DNA from: Squalus acanthias
Lineage: Eukaryota
NCBI GenBank assembly: GCA_030390025.1
Contig: CM059431.1
Span: 121,956,001-122,020,000, forward strand
Reading direction: 5' to 3'
DNA: 64,000 nt
Below the pieces are notes generated by a model that did not search any database, was not told where the DNA came from, and worked only from the letters and a program-made list of their open reading frames with translations. Below are positions 47,934-59,160 of the stretch, one piece after another; the stretch's first letter is position 1; each line of letters opens with the position of its first letter. The position numbers and the translations under genes were made by a program.

Positions 47934-49564
47934 TGTAAAGTTTCGCAATTATCGTGATTCGAAATAACGAGATAGAAGCAGATTCGTTTGATCAGTTTAT
48001 TTAAACAAAATGCTGTCATGATTAAACAGGACACAGAAGCCTGTAAAATGGCCGCCGCACATCGTGGCAGAAGTTTCCAGAAGTACAGTGGGCAGACAAG
48101 ATGGCGTTCGAATAAACATTTTCGATAAGCACTGATAAAGACAGGATGCAACCTGTTTGCATTTGTGACAATAGCAAAAGATATGAGTGCTGGAATCGTT
48201 TTCCATGCACAAGTAAGGACCATTGTACTGGGCAATCGAAGGCCCATCCAGACACATCAATACGCAAATACCCCCACGGCTCTACAATGAGAGAGCCATT
48301 CTCGGGTGATTAAACAAGTATTCGGGGGCCCCCAAAACCCAGCCAGGGAGGCTCCGAGCCGGTTCAACAATGGGGAAAACATTAACGGGTAGTTGGCCAG
48401 TCTCAGGTGCTACCGAAACCCGTTAAAGACAAGAATCACCCCATGCTGGGAGTTTTGAGCGCCAATATTTCACAAAGGACAAACATTAAGATTTGAGCGG
48501 GAGATAAGGGAACACAGCACTATAACTATAGACAACAAATGTCCATCGCTCACTTATTCTCTTACTCCCTTGATTCGATTCTTATTCGCTTGATTCGTGC
48601 TCTTGTTTCTCTGGACTGTTGACTCTGGACTTTTAGCCGCACTGGACGGTTATTCGAATGTTGGGTGGAGCTCAAACGGAACGAGCCGCCTCGACGAAGG
48701 CCGGTAACCGGGTGCACCATCCCGAGTGTCGGTAAACGGTGTTCTGGACCCGAAGGCCCGAAGAGACGAGACAAGACGAGATGAGAAGAGAAGAAGAAGA
48801 ATCCACGTGCCGCCGCGGTCAGTAAACCCCGACCGCGCCGAATTTATACGAACTCTACAGGTTACTGCACGAACTGGTCAAAGACTCTTCTTTGAATTCT
48901 ACCGGCAACCGGTGTCGGACACAGGAAGACTCTTCTTCGAACCGGGCCCGAGCACTGTCGAGTTCTTCATGACAACGGGGAGCCCAGCCTGCTTGCAGCA
49001 GCAGCGAAAGTAAACAAGTGGGGTACAGAGACCCCTCAAAAAACGTGACAGTCAGGCGCTGCAGCGAAACGAGCCGAGCGCCTCACTTTAAAATTCTCCG
49101 AAGTATCGCGAGTGGTGAGCATGTTTCCCAATCCTACAAATCTAGATGTAGTGTAGGTATTGATAGGGGAGGGTGGTTTTATTAAGGATAAAGTATAATG
49201 TGTTCCCCTTTTTACGATGTGCCGTGCGTTCTTCATTATCATAGACCAAGCTTTATGAATGTATGTATACTTGTACTATCGTTAATTTGTGCCTATGACA
49301 TGTACTTCATGATCTTGGACGCTATGCAATAAAGATTTCCATTTCGTACTATTCAACCGGGTCTATTTGAGTTTTTCTCTGCATTACTGCTCTCGCACCT
49401 AAGTCCAGTGTTAGAACCGTAAGGGCGAGTGGGTCGAACCACTCACAGGTGCTTATTGCAACAAGGCTGGCCGGAGACCAGAGCAAGCAATAGTATTGGG
49501 CAACGAAGGCCTAACCCCGCACCAGCACCGTCTGCGATACAAGCACGACACGCAACCCCTTACA
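47934..49564 (+). mobile_element. Solo LTR copy F, inserted in the ERV-B RT
   Basis: TGTAAAG...CCCCTTACA; TSD GAAC/GAAC. Confidence 0.9.
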
Positions 49565-50209
49565 GAACGATCAAAGAGCAGTTATCGAACCCGGTCCGTA
49601 TAGTTCCTGGATCGTTTTGCGCTTTGCCTCATCTATCACATGCTCTCCCGGTCGAAGAGTCAGCCCAAGAAACTGAACCACTCCTTGTCCTATCTGTGCC
49701 TTCCTGGGGTTTACTTTGAAACCCTCTGCTGCAAGCAATTCCAACAGCTCCCGCAGTAATTCCTCATGTTCACTTTCACTATCCGTGAACAGCAATAAAT
49801 CATCCACATACTGTACAAGCTGATCTGGCCGACTAATCTCTGACAGATAGTTAGCCATACACTGATGGAAAATAGACGGGCTGTTGTGAAACCCCTGTGG
49901 CAGACAAGTCCATGCATACTGCTGCCCTTTAAAGGTAAAAGCAAACTTGTACTGGTCTTCCGGGTGTAAGGGAATCGACCAAAATCCATTTGATATATCC
50001 AACACAGAAAGCACCGTGGCAGAGTTAGGGATATTGCCAATCAGATCACCGATGGCCACCACCGGGGGGGCACATGCTGGAATGTTTTTATTCAAAAACC
50101 CTGAAATCTACAGCCATCCACCCAGAGTTGTCTGGTTTCTTTACCGGCCAAACGGGAGAGTTAATTTGCGTCGCAATAGGCCTCAATACCCCTTGTTCCA
50201 CTAAGGACA

Positions 50210-50247
50210 TAAGAAACATAAGGAATAGGAGCAGGAGTCGGCCATTT
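50210..50247 (-). mobile_element. 38-bp CR1 tail insertion in pol
   Basis: Reverse complement of ...GGCCGACTCCTGCTCCTATTCCTTATGTTTCTTA, matching the CR1 tail at 63245-63297; flanked by GGACA/GGACA. Confidence 0.7.
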
Positions 50248-50902
50248 GGACACAACAGCTTTTTCCAAATCTTTCTCAGCTTCCTTGGGGAACGCATACT
50301 GTTTCTGGGGTCGGGATATGGGTTCTCCCCCCACTCACACCTCGACTTCTGCTACCCTGCCACAATCATGTTTATGGGTAGCAAAGGCTCCCGTGACATC
50401 CCGCACTATGGTTTGATACCTTTTGGGCACCCTAGCCGTTAATGTTTCTAAGTCGTAGGGTCCCGCGGACGTTACCACCCATGCCTCACCGTGGCGCGGG
50501 GGTATAACAATTACTTCCTCACCATGATCCACCCCACCCCACAAACAGTTATTCACCATATCCACGATCACTTTGTGGGCTAACATCCAATCAGAGCCCA
50601 GTACTCCCATTCCTGGCTGATCCCACTTCATTAGTATACACGTCCACTTTGTTTGGAGGGGCCCTACCTTAAAAGTCAAAGGTCTTGACACCGGCCTAGC
50701 CACTGAGTTGCCTGTGAAACCACCATGGGGTTCCACTTGACCAGGGAGACAACACTGGGGAGGGAGATTGGACTACCGTACTCTATGCTCCAGTGTCTAC
50801 TATATAGTCCCCTTTCTCTCCCTCTATTACGATGTCTCTGCATGGTCTTCCCCAATCATCGTACCTGAGTGGACACAGGTACATGGGCTGGGCGCGGCCC
50901 CG

Positions 50903-52649
50903 TCATGTTCGGATCTCCCCGTTGTCCTCCTCATGGGCCGTGTGGATTTTCCTTTGAGGAGTTTCAAACTCCCTTATGGTCTTCGCTACCAATTTGATCA
51001 ACTCCTCATAATTGGGCGCGCTAGGCTGCAACTCTGCCAGTTGTGGATCCTCCGTCTTTCCTCCCCTAGGTTTCTTACAGTTATGCATGAAATGTCCTGC
51101 TCCTCCACAGTTATAACATACCTTGTCCTGACCCCCTCCCCTTTCTGGCGCAGTCCCTTCCTGTTGCCATTTTCGAGGGGTCCCAACTTTCATTTCACAT
51201 ACCTTGCCCTTAACTTATTCATTACCCCGGTATTCTTTTTATCTGCTTGATGAGCCTTGAAGCGCAGGGTCATTTTCCTCACAACTCTAGCCTCTGTGTT
51301 TTCCCTATCTTCTGGATCAAAATCTGACATAGCGGCTTGTAAATACGACAGACTGTGAGAAATCAAGGCACACAGCCAGTGGTTGCGTGCCGCTCCTGCT
51401 AGCTGTCCCCTATTTCCCAGCACCCCTCCCTTGGCCACAAGATATGTGGGCCACAGTCTGTCGGCAAACACCACCGAGGTTTCATTTGGGCCCTGTTCCA
51501 TGTCTGCTATGGCTTTAAAAGGATCCCCTTACCTTGTCCCAACACCTGGGCAATCTTTACATTCAACCACTCATAGTCACCTCCCCTTCTTTTGCTTTTC
51601 AGTGGAAGGCCTGCATAAACACCGGGGCTTAGAGTGAATAGCAGTACACGCTTTTTCTCCTCCTCATCCAAGCTGTTCAAATCAGCCACTTGTATCACCT
51701 CTAAATAATGCCATTGTGGATCCCCTCCCAGTTCCAACTTCTTCATATCACTAGACATTTTCCTTAAATCCTCCGTATTATACAGAATCACAAATTCTCG
51801 ATCGAGCACCCAGAAGTCTCCTGCCTCCGCATCCGCGGCCGGCGCCTGGCACCGTTTTTGGCGCATCAGGGCCATAGGCGGGGGTCGAACTCCCTCCGGT
51901 GGGTCACCACCTGGCCCCTGCTCTAGCTCCACGCTATCTTCATCACATTCACTATCCCTTTCTCCTCTTTCCAATCCTTCTTCTCCTGACAAAGGGGTCA
52001 TGGCACACACAAGGCCCCTCTGGACACGTAATTCATCCTCCAACTCCTTAATCTTACTTTTACACTTGGTGTGATCCCCTTGAGCACCCCTATCTTCAGA
52101 AACCTGTTTCTGAACAACCCTAATTGTGGCTTTCAGGTCCTCATTGACCCTTTCTGTCTGCTCCGCTCAGTGCCTCTGATCTGCTTCCTTCAATGACCAC
52201 ACGTCACACTGATTCTGATTATTTATACATTGGCTCTCAAGGTACTGTTCTTTATTACACCACCTTTCCTTTGCTTTTTCAAACTTCTCCTTGAGCCTTC
52301 TCTTACTTTCCCTTTCTTCCTCCAATTCTTTTTTACTCATTTCCCTTTCTTCTTCCAATTCTTTCAGAAGTCGGTTTACTACCGCTTCTCTATCACTGGC
52401 TTTCTCCGGCATATCTTCTATTTCCTTTCATAACTTAATCTTTGTACACTCGTCATTCTTAACTTGCCTCTGATAGGCTAACAACCAGACGGACTTCATT
52501 AACTTCGACCGACATGTGGACCCTTGTGTCCACTGTTCGGCCTCAGAAGCCGGATAATCACCGCCAATAATGACCTGTACCCACCCCTCCTGGACAGGTA
52601 ACTTCACTGCCTCATTCTTTGTGACCAACTCATCCATTGTCTTTGCCAT
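50903..52649 (-). pseudogene. gag: ERV-B gag (coiled-coil N-half, capsid-like region, one CCHC knuckle), disrupted
   Basis: ATG at 52649 (MAKTMDELV); E/K-rich helix; CYNCGGAGHFMHNC zinc knuckle in ORF 50903-51193. Confidence 0.88.
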
Positions 52650-52665
52650 TGTCTGCTCTGAACGG

Positions 52666-52683
52666 GTCCCTGTTTGGGCGCCA
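52666..52683 (-). promoter_or_regulatory. Primer binding site, tRNA-Lys3(UUU) type
   Basis: TGGCGCCCAAACAGGGAC matches the canonical Lys3 PBS TGGCGCCCGAACAGGGAC at 17/18 positions; 5 nt from the LTR. Confidence 0.9.
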
Positions 52684-52688
52684 CAATC

Positions 52689-53385
52689 TGTAAGACATGC
52701 GGAATTACCCCTCGCCCCATCCAATAGTTTATAGAGTTCAGACCCGTGGAACAGACAACACAAAACCCAAGGATTTTAGGGAAAAACTTTCTTTTACTTA
52801 AAAATCAGCAGGAGATTACCAGTAAGCATCTAATAGTGCTGTTGTGTATAACAATTCCCGATTATACTTAAATATACACAGATTTATTCCTTACTTTAAA
52901 CTCAAGCGATCATAAGCAAACACCACATAGGTGCTAACACCAGTGAGTGGTCGGTTCGGCGATGACTAGATGTATGACTTTAACTGGCAACTGACCAAGT
53001 TGCCCGACTGCAGCTCCGAATGTCTTTTAGCAGCACTTTTTATACCCCAAAACCTGGGCAGGCCCCTCAATGTGTATGTGTCTAAACTGTGTGACAAATG
53101 GTCGGCAGTTGTTTTCCTCTTCTTATCACCTAGTCAGTTAATCAGTGGGCCCCAAGACCGTTCACCCCATTTGCCTGAAGATGTTCCTGTCTTTGTAACA
53201 CCCAACCGTTTGTTCCTGCTCAGGGTCTGTCGCTTCCTTATCTGATTAACAGCTTGCTGCCACAGCAGTTTTATTTTAACATTTGTTCAGCAGAAAGTCT
53301 CTTGGCCTCTCAAGGCATGCTGGGACATCAATTTTTAACTTTGGTCAAGTTACAGCAAACTTTTACAGTAAATGGTGTTTCTTAC
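52689..53385 (-). repeat. ERV-B 5' LTR
   Basis: Direct repeat of 39676-40354 (about 20 differences in the first ~300 bp by eye); terminal base appears lost; followed by TTTG. Confidence 0.93.
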
Positions 53386-54799
53386 TTTGCTTTTCAAACA
53401 GATTTTGTTGAACATATGAAACACTGAATGAATTGACTAATGCCTACCGATAGATAAAACTTTAGTATTCAGAGAAAGAATGATTGAATACTGTACAACT
53501 GCAATAACACACAAAAGAAATCCAATTTCCTCTTACTGAGTGCAAGTGCTAATCCGTGTTCAAGGTCCCATGTTATTATCTTTAGTTTCAAAGTCTGTGT
53601 TAAACTGTGATTTGCAATTTCCCTACATTACAATAGTGACTACACTTCAAAAAGTACTTCAGTGTCTGTGAAGTGTTTTGGACATGCTGAAGTTATAAAG
53701 ATGTTATTTTAAATCCAAGTTTTCTTCATTGGCAATTATGTGCACACTAGTTGGAATCAAGAGGTCAATTTGGGTTTAATAATTTTCATAAAGCTGCCTT
53801 GCTGTCATGTCTGTGTGTATAGATATCATTGTGTACAGATGGGTGCAAAGAGTAAAATGGTGGGCAAAGATAGTAAAAGAACATAGAGGAACATAAGCAT
53901 GTTATGAGAAAGATACGTGCAATTTGGACTATTATGGATTCTCAACTAAATATTTAAGACTGGATATTCCTATTGGATGACCATTAATTCATGTGCCATT
54001 TAGGGTAAATTCACCGATTCCCCCACATACTAGGCGGGGAACTGTGCTTGAACGTAGCCTTGATATTTCAATCCATGTCCAATGTTGCTCCCTGTTGGAG
54101 TGCGGGATTGATGCTTTGTATGTTAAGTGGCAGTAGTTTCATGAGTGTGGTACAGCATGATTTTCACCCGGCTTTACTGCACACTACAAAATTTGGCATG
54201 GCATGTAGTGACTGGTCAGTGATATAATGCTGACTGCATGAGCTAAGGTTATTGAGTTGGCATTATTGCTATTTAAATTCAACTCACATCAGTTTGCAGT
54301 GATCTTAGTTAGCATGTGCAGTATGTTCAAAACCCCAATTTATAACTGACACTACAGCAGTAGCTAGAAATTGCTTTGCTTTAATCAGAGCTGATCCACT
54401 AGAGAAGAGAGCTACAATTCCGACTGTGCTGAGGACAATGAGAATTGAATCCACTGCACTGTTTGCACTAAACTTTGGTGAGAAGGGCTAGAGTCGACCC
54501 TGAAAGGGCAACCTATGATGTAAGTGGCACAGAAAACAGATGGTGAAGTCTCACTGTTTTCAGAGTATACTATCCCAGGCAGGGCAACCTGGGAATGGCT
54601 AAGGAGCAGTTCTTCAGGAAATAGGCTATGCTGAGAGGCTGTGACAAAGCTGTGCAATCTGCTGAATGAAGATCTTAGACCCAACCAACTGTCAGTAAGG
54701 TGCTGCCAGTGACAGAGAAACTCACCATGCCCCTCAGTTTTATGCCTCAGGGCCAATCCAGGTAAGTATATATGCAGTGGCAGCAAATTTATTGTAAAG

Positions 54800-55450
54800 A
54801 TCCAACAAGGAGCCAACTTAATCTGCTAGTCTAACAATTTCATTTCCAATTCACCAACTGCATCAGCAGGTTAGGGCGACAGGTTTATCTATGTCTACTG
54901 GCTTCCCAGAAGACTCAGGAGTCACTATGGGCATTGGCATTTAGGCCTCTGTACACAATCCAAACCCTATGAACTGTAAAGGCTTTCACACCAACAATGT
55001 CCAACTGATATACCATCACAAGCGCAGAATTTTGCATGTAAATTCCCCGTTTCCTAGGGAGCTAGAGCAATGTCTTCACTTTAATGCAATTCTCATTGCC
55101 TATATTATTTGAAAGGGAAGAAGACTGGAAGCTTAGCTCTGAGGAAACCGAGTAGCCTCTGCAGCCATGGCTCATGAAACACATGCTACAGCAAGAACAA
55201 TCATTGAACATACAGTCACGATCTTGAAGCAGGGTCTTAAGCAATGGGGGAGGGGGGTGCCTTATACTACAGTCACCAGACGCTCTCCGATTGATCATCA
55301 TTTTCTGCACACTGCAATATTTCCTTTTTTCAAAGACGCCTAACCAAGAACAAACAAAATGCAGAAGCCATGGAAGAACAGGAGGCTGAGTGATGACAAA
55401 CAATCAACTGAAGCACCACAGATGTAGCAAGCTGATCTGGTACAGCAGGC
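54800..55450 (+). pseudogene. Old, heavily decayed Harbinger transposase fragment
   Basis: Conceptual translation NCKGFHTNNVQLI...ILHVNSPFP, PLQPWLM and HATARTIIEHTV. Confidence 0.6.
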
Positions 55451-56005
55451 ACCAATGTAAGATGCCTCTGAACAAGTACAGCAGTTGGTCCCTTAAAAAG
55501 CCTATAATTTCACATAAGCCCAAGTCCCTTGGCTTTACCATTTTCTCATATATTTTCCTGCCTTGTTCCCCTCGTACCTTCAATTTCCAACTTTCATCTT
55601 GAGCACTGAAACATAAACGCACTGCACAAGATGCAATTCATGTTTAGTGTTTTTATATCTACCATTCTGTGTGCAGTGAATGTTGTCTGTGATTTGCTAC
55701 AACGCTTCTCCCCTATGTCTATTATATCAAGGGAGAATAGCACACCAGCTATTACTGCTCTTCCCTAATGGCATTAGATATGCTCGCTGCAAAATTTCAC
55801 TCTCTTTTGCTGCAAATGAGATGGCACAAGACCTCCATGTGCGGTGGACATAATGGGGTCAATTTTGCGGTGTAACATGCCTGACACATAGCTTTGATTG
55901 ACAGGACCACATATCAGGAATTTGGTCGCCTACGTCAGTTCACCCTGCAAGATTTTTCATACATTAGTTTTAACTATTTAGTCATCAATGGCGTTACACA
56001 CGGGG

Positions 56006-58010
56006 AGTCAAGACCACTTATGGCCCAAGCACCCAAGGTCCTACCCCACTGCGGGCCAAGAACGGAGAGGTACTCATCAAGGACAGGGAGGCAGTCAGTG
56101 CCCGCTGGAAGGAGCACTTTGAAGATCTCCTTAACCGAGACTCTGTGTTCGACACGGGTGTCCTCAATTCTATCCCGCAGCATGCTATCCGCCACCACCT
56201 CAGCACAACCCCAGCCCGGCATGAGGTTGAAAAGGCCATCCGACAACTGAGGAACAACAAGGCCTCAGGAGCAGATGGAATCCCTGCCGAGGCACTAAAG
56301 CATGGCAGTGAATCCCTGCCGAGGCACTAAAGCATGGCGGAGAAGCACTACTGGCACAAATTCATGAACTCATTTCTCTTATTTGGGAGGAGGAGAGCAT
56401 GCCAGGGGATCTCAGAGATGCCGTAATTGTGACCAACTTCAAAAAAGGTGACAAGTCCGATTGCGGTAATTACAGAGGAGTTTCCCTGCTTCTGCCACAG
56501 GGAAAGTCATCGCAAGAATCCTCCTCAATCGCCTTCTCCCAGTGGCCGAAGAGCTCCTCCCAGAGTCGCAATGCGGATTCCGCCCACTAAGGGGCACAAT
56601 GGACATGATCTTCACCGCGCGTCAATTACAAGAGAAATGCAGGGAACAGCACCAAAAGCTGTACATGGCCTTCTTTGACCTCACAAAGGCCTTCGACACT
56701 GTCAACCGTGAGGGATTATGAAGTGTCCTCCTCAAATTTGGCTGCCCTCAAAGTTTGTCACCATCCTCCGTCTGCTTCACGACAACATGCAAGACATGAT
56801 CCTGACCAACGATTCCACGTATGGACTCGGGTCAGGCAAGCTGTGTCATCGCACCAACACTCTTCTCAATCTTCCTTGCTGCAATGCTTCATCTCACCCT
56901 CAATAAGCTCCCCGCTGGAGTGGAGCTAATTTACAGAACAAACAGGAAACTGATCAACCTCTGTCACCTCCAGTCCAGATCCAAGGTCGTCCCATCCTCT
57001 GTCGTCGAATTACAGTATGCAGACGACGCTTGCGTCTGCACACACTCGGAGGTCGAACTCCAAACCATCGTCAACACCTTCACCGAAGCATACGAGAGCA
57101 TGGGCCTTACACTAAACATCCATAAGACAAAGGTCCTCTACCAACCTGCCCCTGCCACACAGTACTGCCCCCCCAATTATCAAAATCCACGATGAGGCCT
57201 TGGACAACGTGGACCACTTTCCATACCTCGGGAGCCTACTGTCAACAAGGGCAGACGTCGATAATGAAGTCCAACACCGCCTTCAGTGTGCCAGTGCAGC
57301 CTTCGGTCGCCTGAGGAAGAGAGTGTTTGAAGACCAGGACCTCAAACCCAGCACCAAGCTCATGGTCTATAGAGCAGTAGTGATACCCGCTCTCCTGCAT
57401 GCGTCAGTGACATGGACCATGTACAGCAGGCACCTCAAATCACTGAAGAGGTATCATCAATGCTGCCTCCGTAAGATCCTGCAAACCCATTGGCAGGATA
57501 GGCGCACCAACGTCAGTGTTCTCGCTCAGGCCTACATCCCCATCATCGAAGCTTTGACCATGCTCGATCAGCTCTGATGGACGGGTCACATCGTCTGCAT
57601 GCCCGATACAAGACTCCCAAAACAAGCGCTCTACTCCGAGCTCCGACATGGCAAGAGAGCCCCAAGTGGGCAGAGGAAACGCTTCAAGGACACCCTCAGA
57701 GCCTCCTTGAAAAAGTGCAACATCCCCACCAACACCTGGGAATCCTTGGCCCAAGACCGCACAAAGTGGAGGAGAAGCATCCAGGAAGGCACCGAACACC
57801 TCAAGTCTCTTCACTTGGAGCAAGCGGAAGCCAAGCGCAAGGAGCGCACGTCAACCCAAGCACCCCACCCACCCGCCCCTTCAACCACCGTCTGCCCCAC
57901 CTGTGACAGAGATTGTAGGTCCTGCATTGGACTCATCAGTCACCTGAGAACTCATTTTTAATGTGGAAGCAAGTCATCCTCAGTTCCGAGGGACTGCCTA
58001 AGAAGAAGAA
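56006..58010 (+). mobile_element. RTE-clade LINE, 5'-truncated, frameshifted
   Basis: KASGADGIPAE, DCGNYRGVSLL, LQYADD, FPYLGS, CPTC...HLRTH finger, (AAG)n tail; small internal tandem duplication at ~56278-56337; same family as 46199-47300. Confidence 0.92.
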
Positions 58011-58262
58011 TGTGGAGATGCCGGCGTTGGACTGGGGTGGACAAAAATGAGAAGTCGCACAACACCAGGTTATAGTCCAACAGATTTATTTAATTTTACA
58101 AGCTTTCGAAGCAGTTCGCTCCTTCGTCAGGTAAGTTAGCAGTGAGAGAATCTCCCAGAATTCACAATTTAAACACAGACAAAATCTATTCACATTTTTC
58201 CCTACAACAAAGAGCACAGCCAAGACAATGAGATGTGTCCCAGGGGGTCCAACGTGTCAAAC
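58011..58262 (-). mobile_element. Penelope pLTR fragment with hammerhead-like core at 58104-58130
   Basis: Near-identical to 42765-42990; minus strand CTGACGA-AGGAGC-GAACT-GCTTC-GAAA. Confidence 0.8.
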
Positions 58263-58289
58263 CAAAAGAAGAAGACACGGGGTGTCAAA

Positions 58290-58690
58290 TCCAAGTGCAG
58301 TATTCAATTCAAGCGGGGTAGGAGATCGGTGGGATAGTTTGACCAAGTTGGAAGGGGTAGGAGGTAAATGGGGTGGAGGAGCTGGGGAGAGAGGAAGATG
58401 ATGAATGGGAGAGGAGGATAGAAGGCGAGGGGGATAGGAGGATGGGGATGTAGACATGAGATGAAGTGAGGGGGCAGGGATGAGAGAGGGGAAGAGGGGC
58501 TGTGGTGACAGAAGTGAAGAGTGGCGGGAGGGGAGAAAAGAGATGAGCAGGGAGGAAGAGGACACATGGAGGGGAATGGAGAGAGATGAAGGGAGAGAGA
58601 GATGAAAGAAGGGAGAAAGAGAGAAAGAAAAGGAAAGAAAGAGGAGGAGGACAGAAAAAGAAAGTGGAAGGGTGAGGGAGAGGAGAAGTC
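58290..58690. repeat. Purine (GA)-rich low-complexity tract
   Basis: Almost entirely G/A on the + strand. Confidence 0.8.
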
Positions 58691-59160
58691 AAAAAAGGCT
58701 CAATGAAGAGGCTAGAATGTCACTCACCGAGGGGTTGAATGTCCCATGATGGGATGAGGGGAAGCTCCGATATCCTCCAATATCCTAACGGAAAGGGAAA
58801 TCATTGAAGGAAATACCTGTATAAAATTGTAAGATGCCGCTCAGTGGGAGGAGGGGTTGCTTAGAGGAATAGGCAGTGACAGGTTCATAAATGTTGTTCA
58901 TGGGCGTGCAGGTTGATGATACAGAAAGTTTCCAGGTGGAAGCTAATTCTTTGGGATGATCTCTAGAATCTTGCTCGTTGGGGCAGGGCGGGGGTGGGGG
59001 GTGGGGGGGTTTGTTGGTGATGGGTTTTGTCTGTCCTCTGGCTACATAATTCCAAAGGACCCCCGATCACAATCCACTGGTTTTACTTATTCTAAGGCCG
59101 GTTATTTTCCAGCAAAGGCGATTAGTTTGTTGAGGATTTGAGTTTATAACAGGAACCATT

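Larger units (their letters stand above)
44371..50900 (-). pseudogene. pol: ERV-B pol: protease, RT, tether (degenerate RNase H), second RNase H, integrase
   Basis: YIVDTGA (50786-50806); LDISNGFWSI, LPQGFHNSP, QYVDDLLL; RPVAYASR tether; DIYVDGSS...KVKAH...GNRRANELA; QIDFIGP, VESDQ, GIVERMN; YKGPY. Confidence 0.93.
39676..53385 (-). mobile_element. Full-length decayed endogenous retrovirus-like provirus (ERV-B), lokiretrovirus-like
   Basis: Paired LTRs 39676-40354 and 52689-53385, TSD TTTG, PBS, PPT and gag-pol-env order; ~9.7 kb after removing nested insertions. The loki-like label is inference. Confidence 0.92.

Noticed and set aside
47934..49564. Retrozyme (hammerhead-bearing LTR element) interpretation of the solo LTRs
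   Set aside because: I found no CTGANGA...GAAA core on either strand by eye.
58257..58692. Pro/Ser/Leu-rich minus-strand ORFs
   Set aside because: Artefacts of the GA-rich low-complexity tract.
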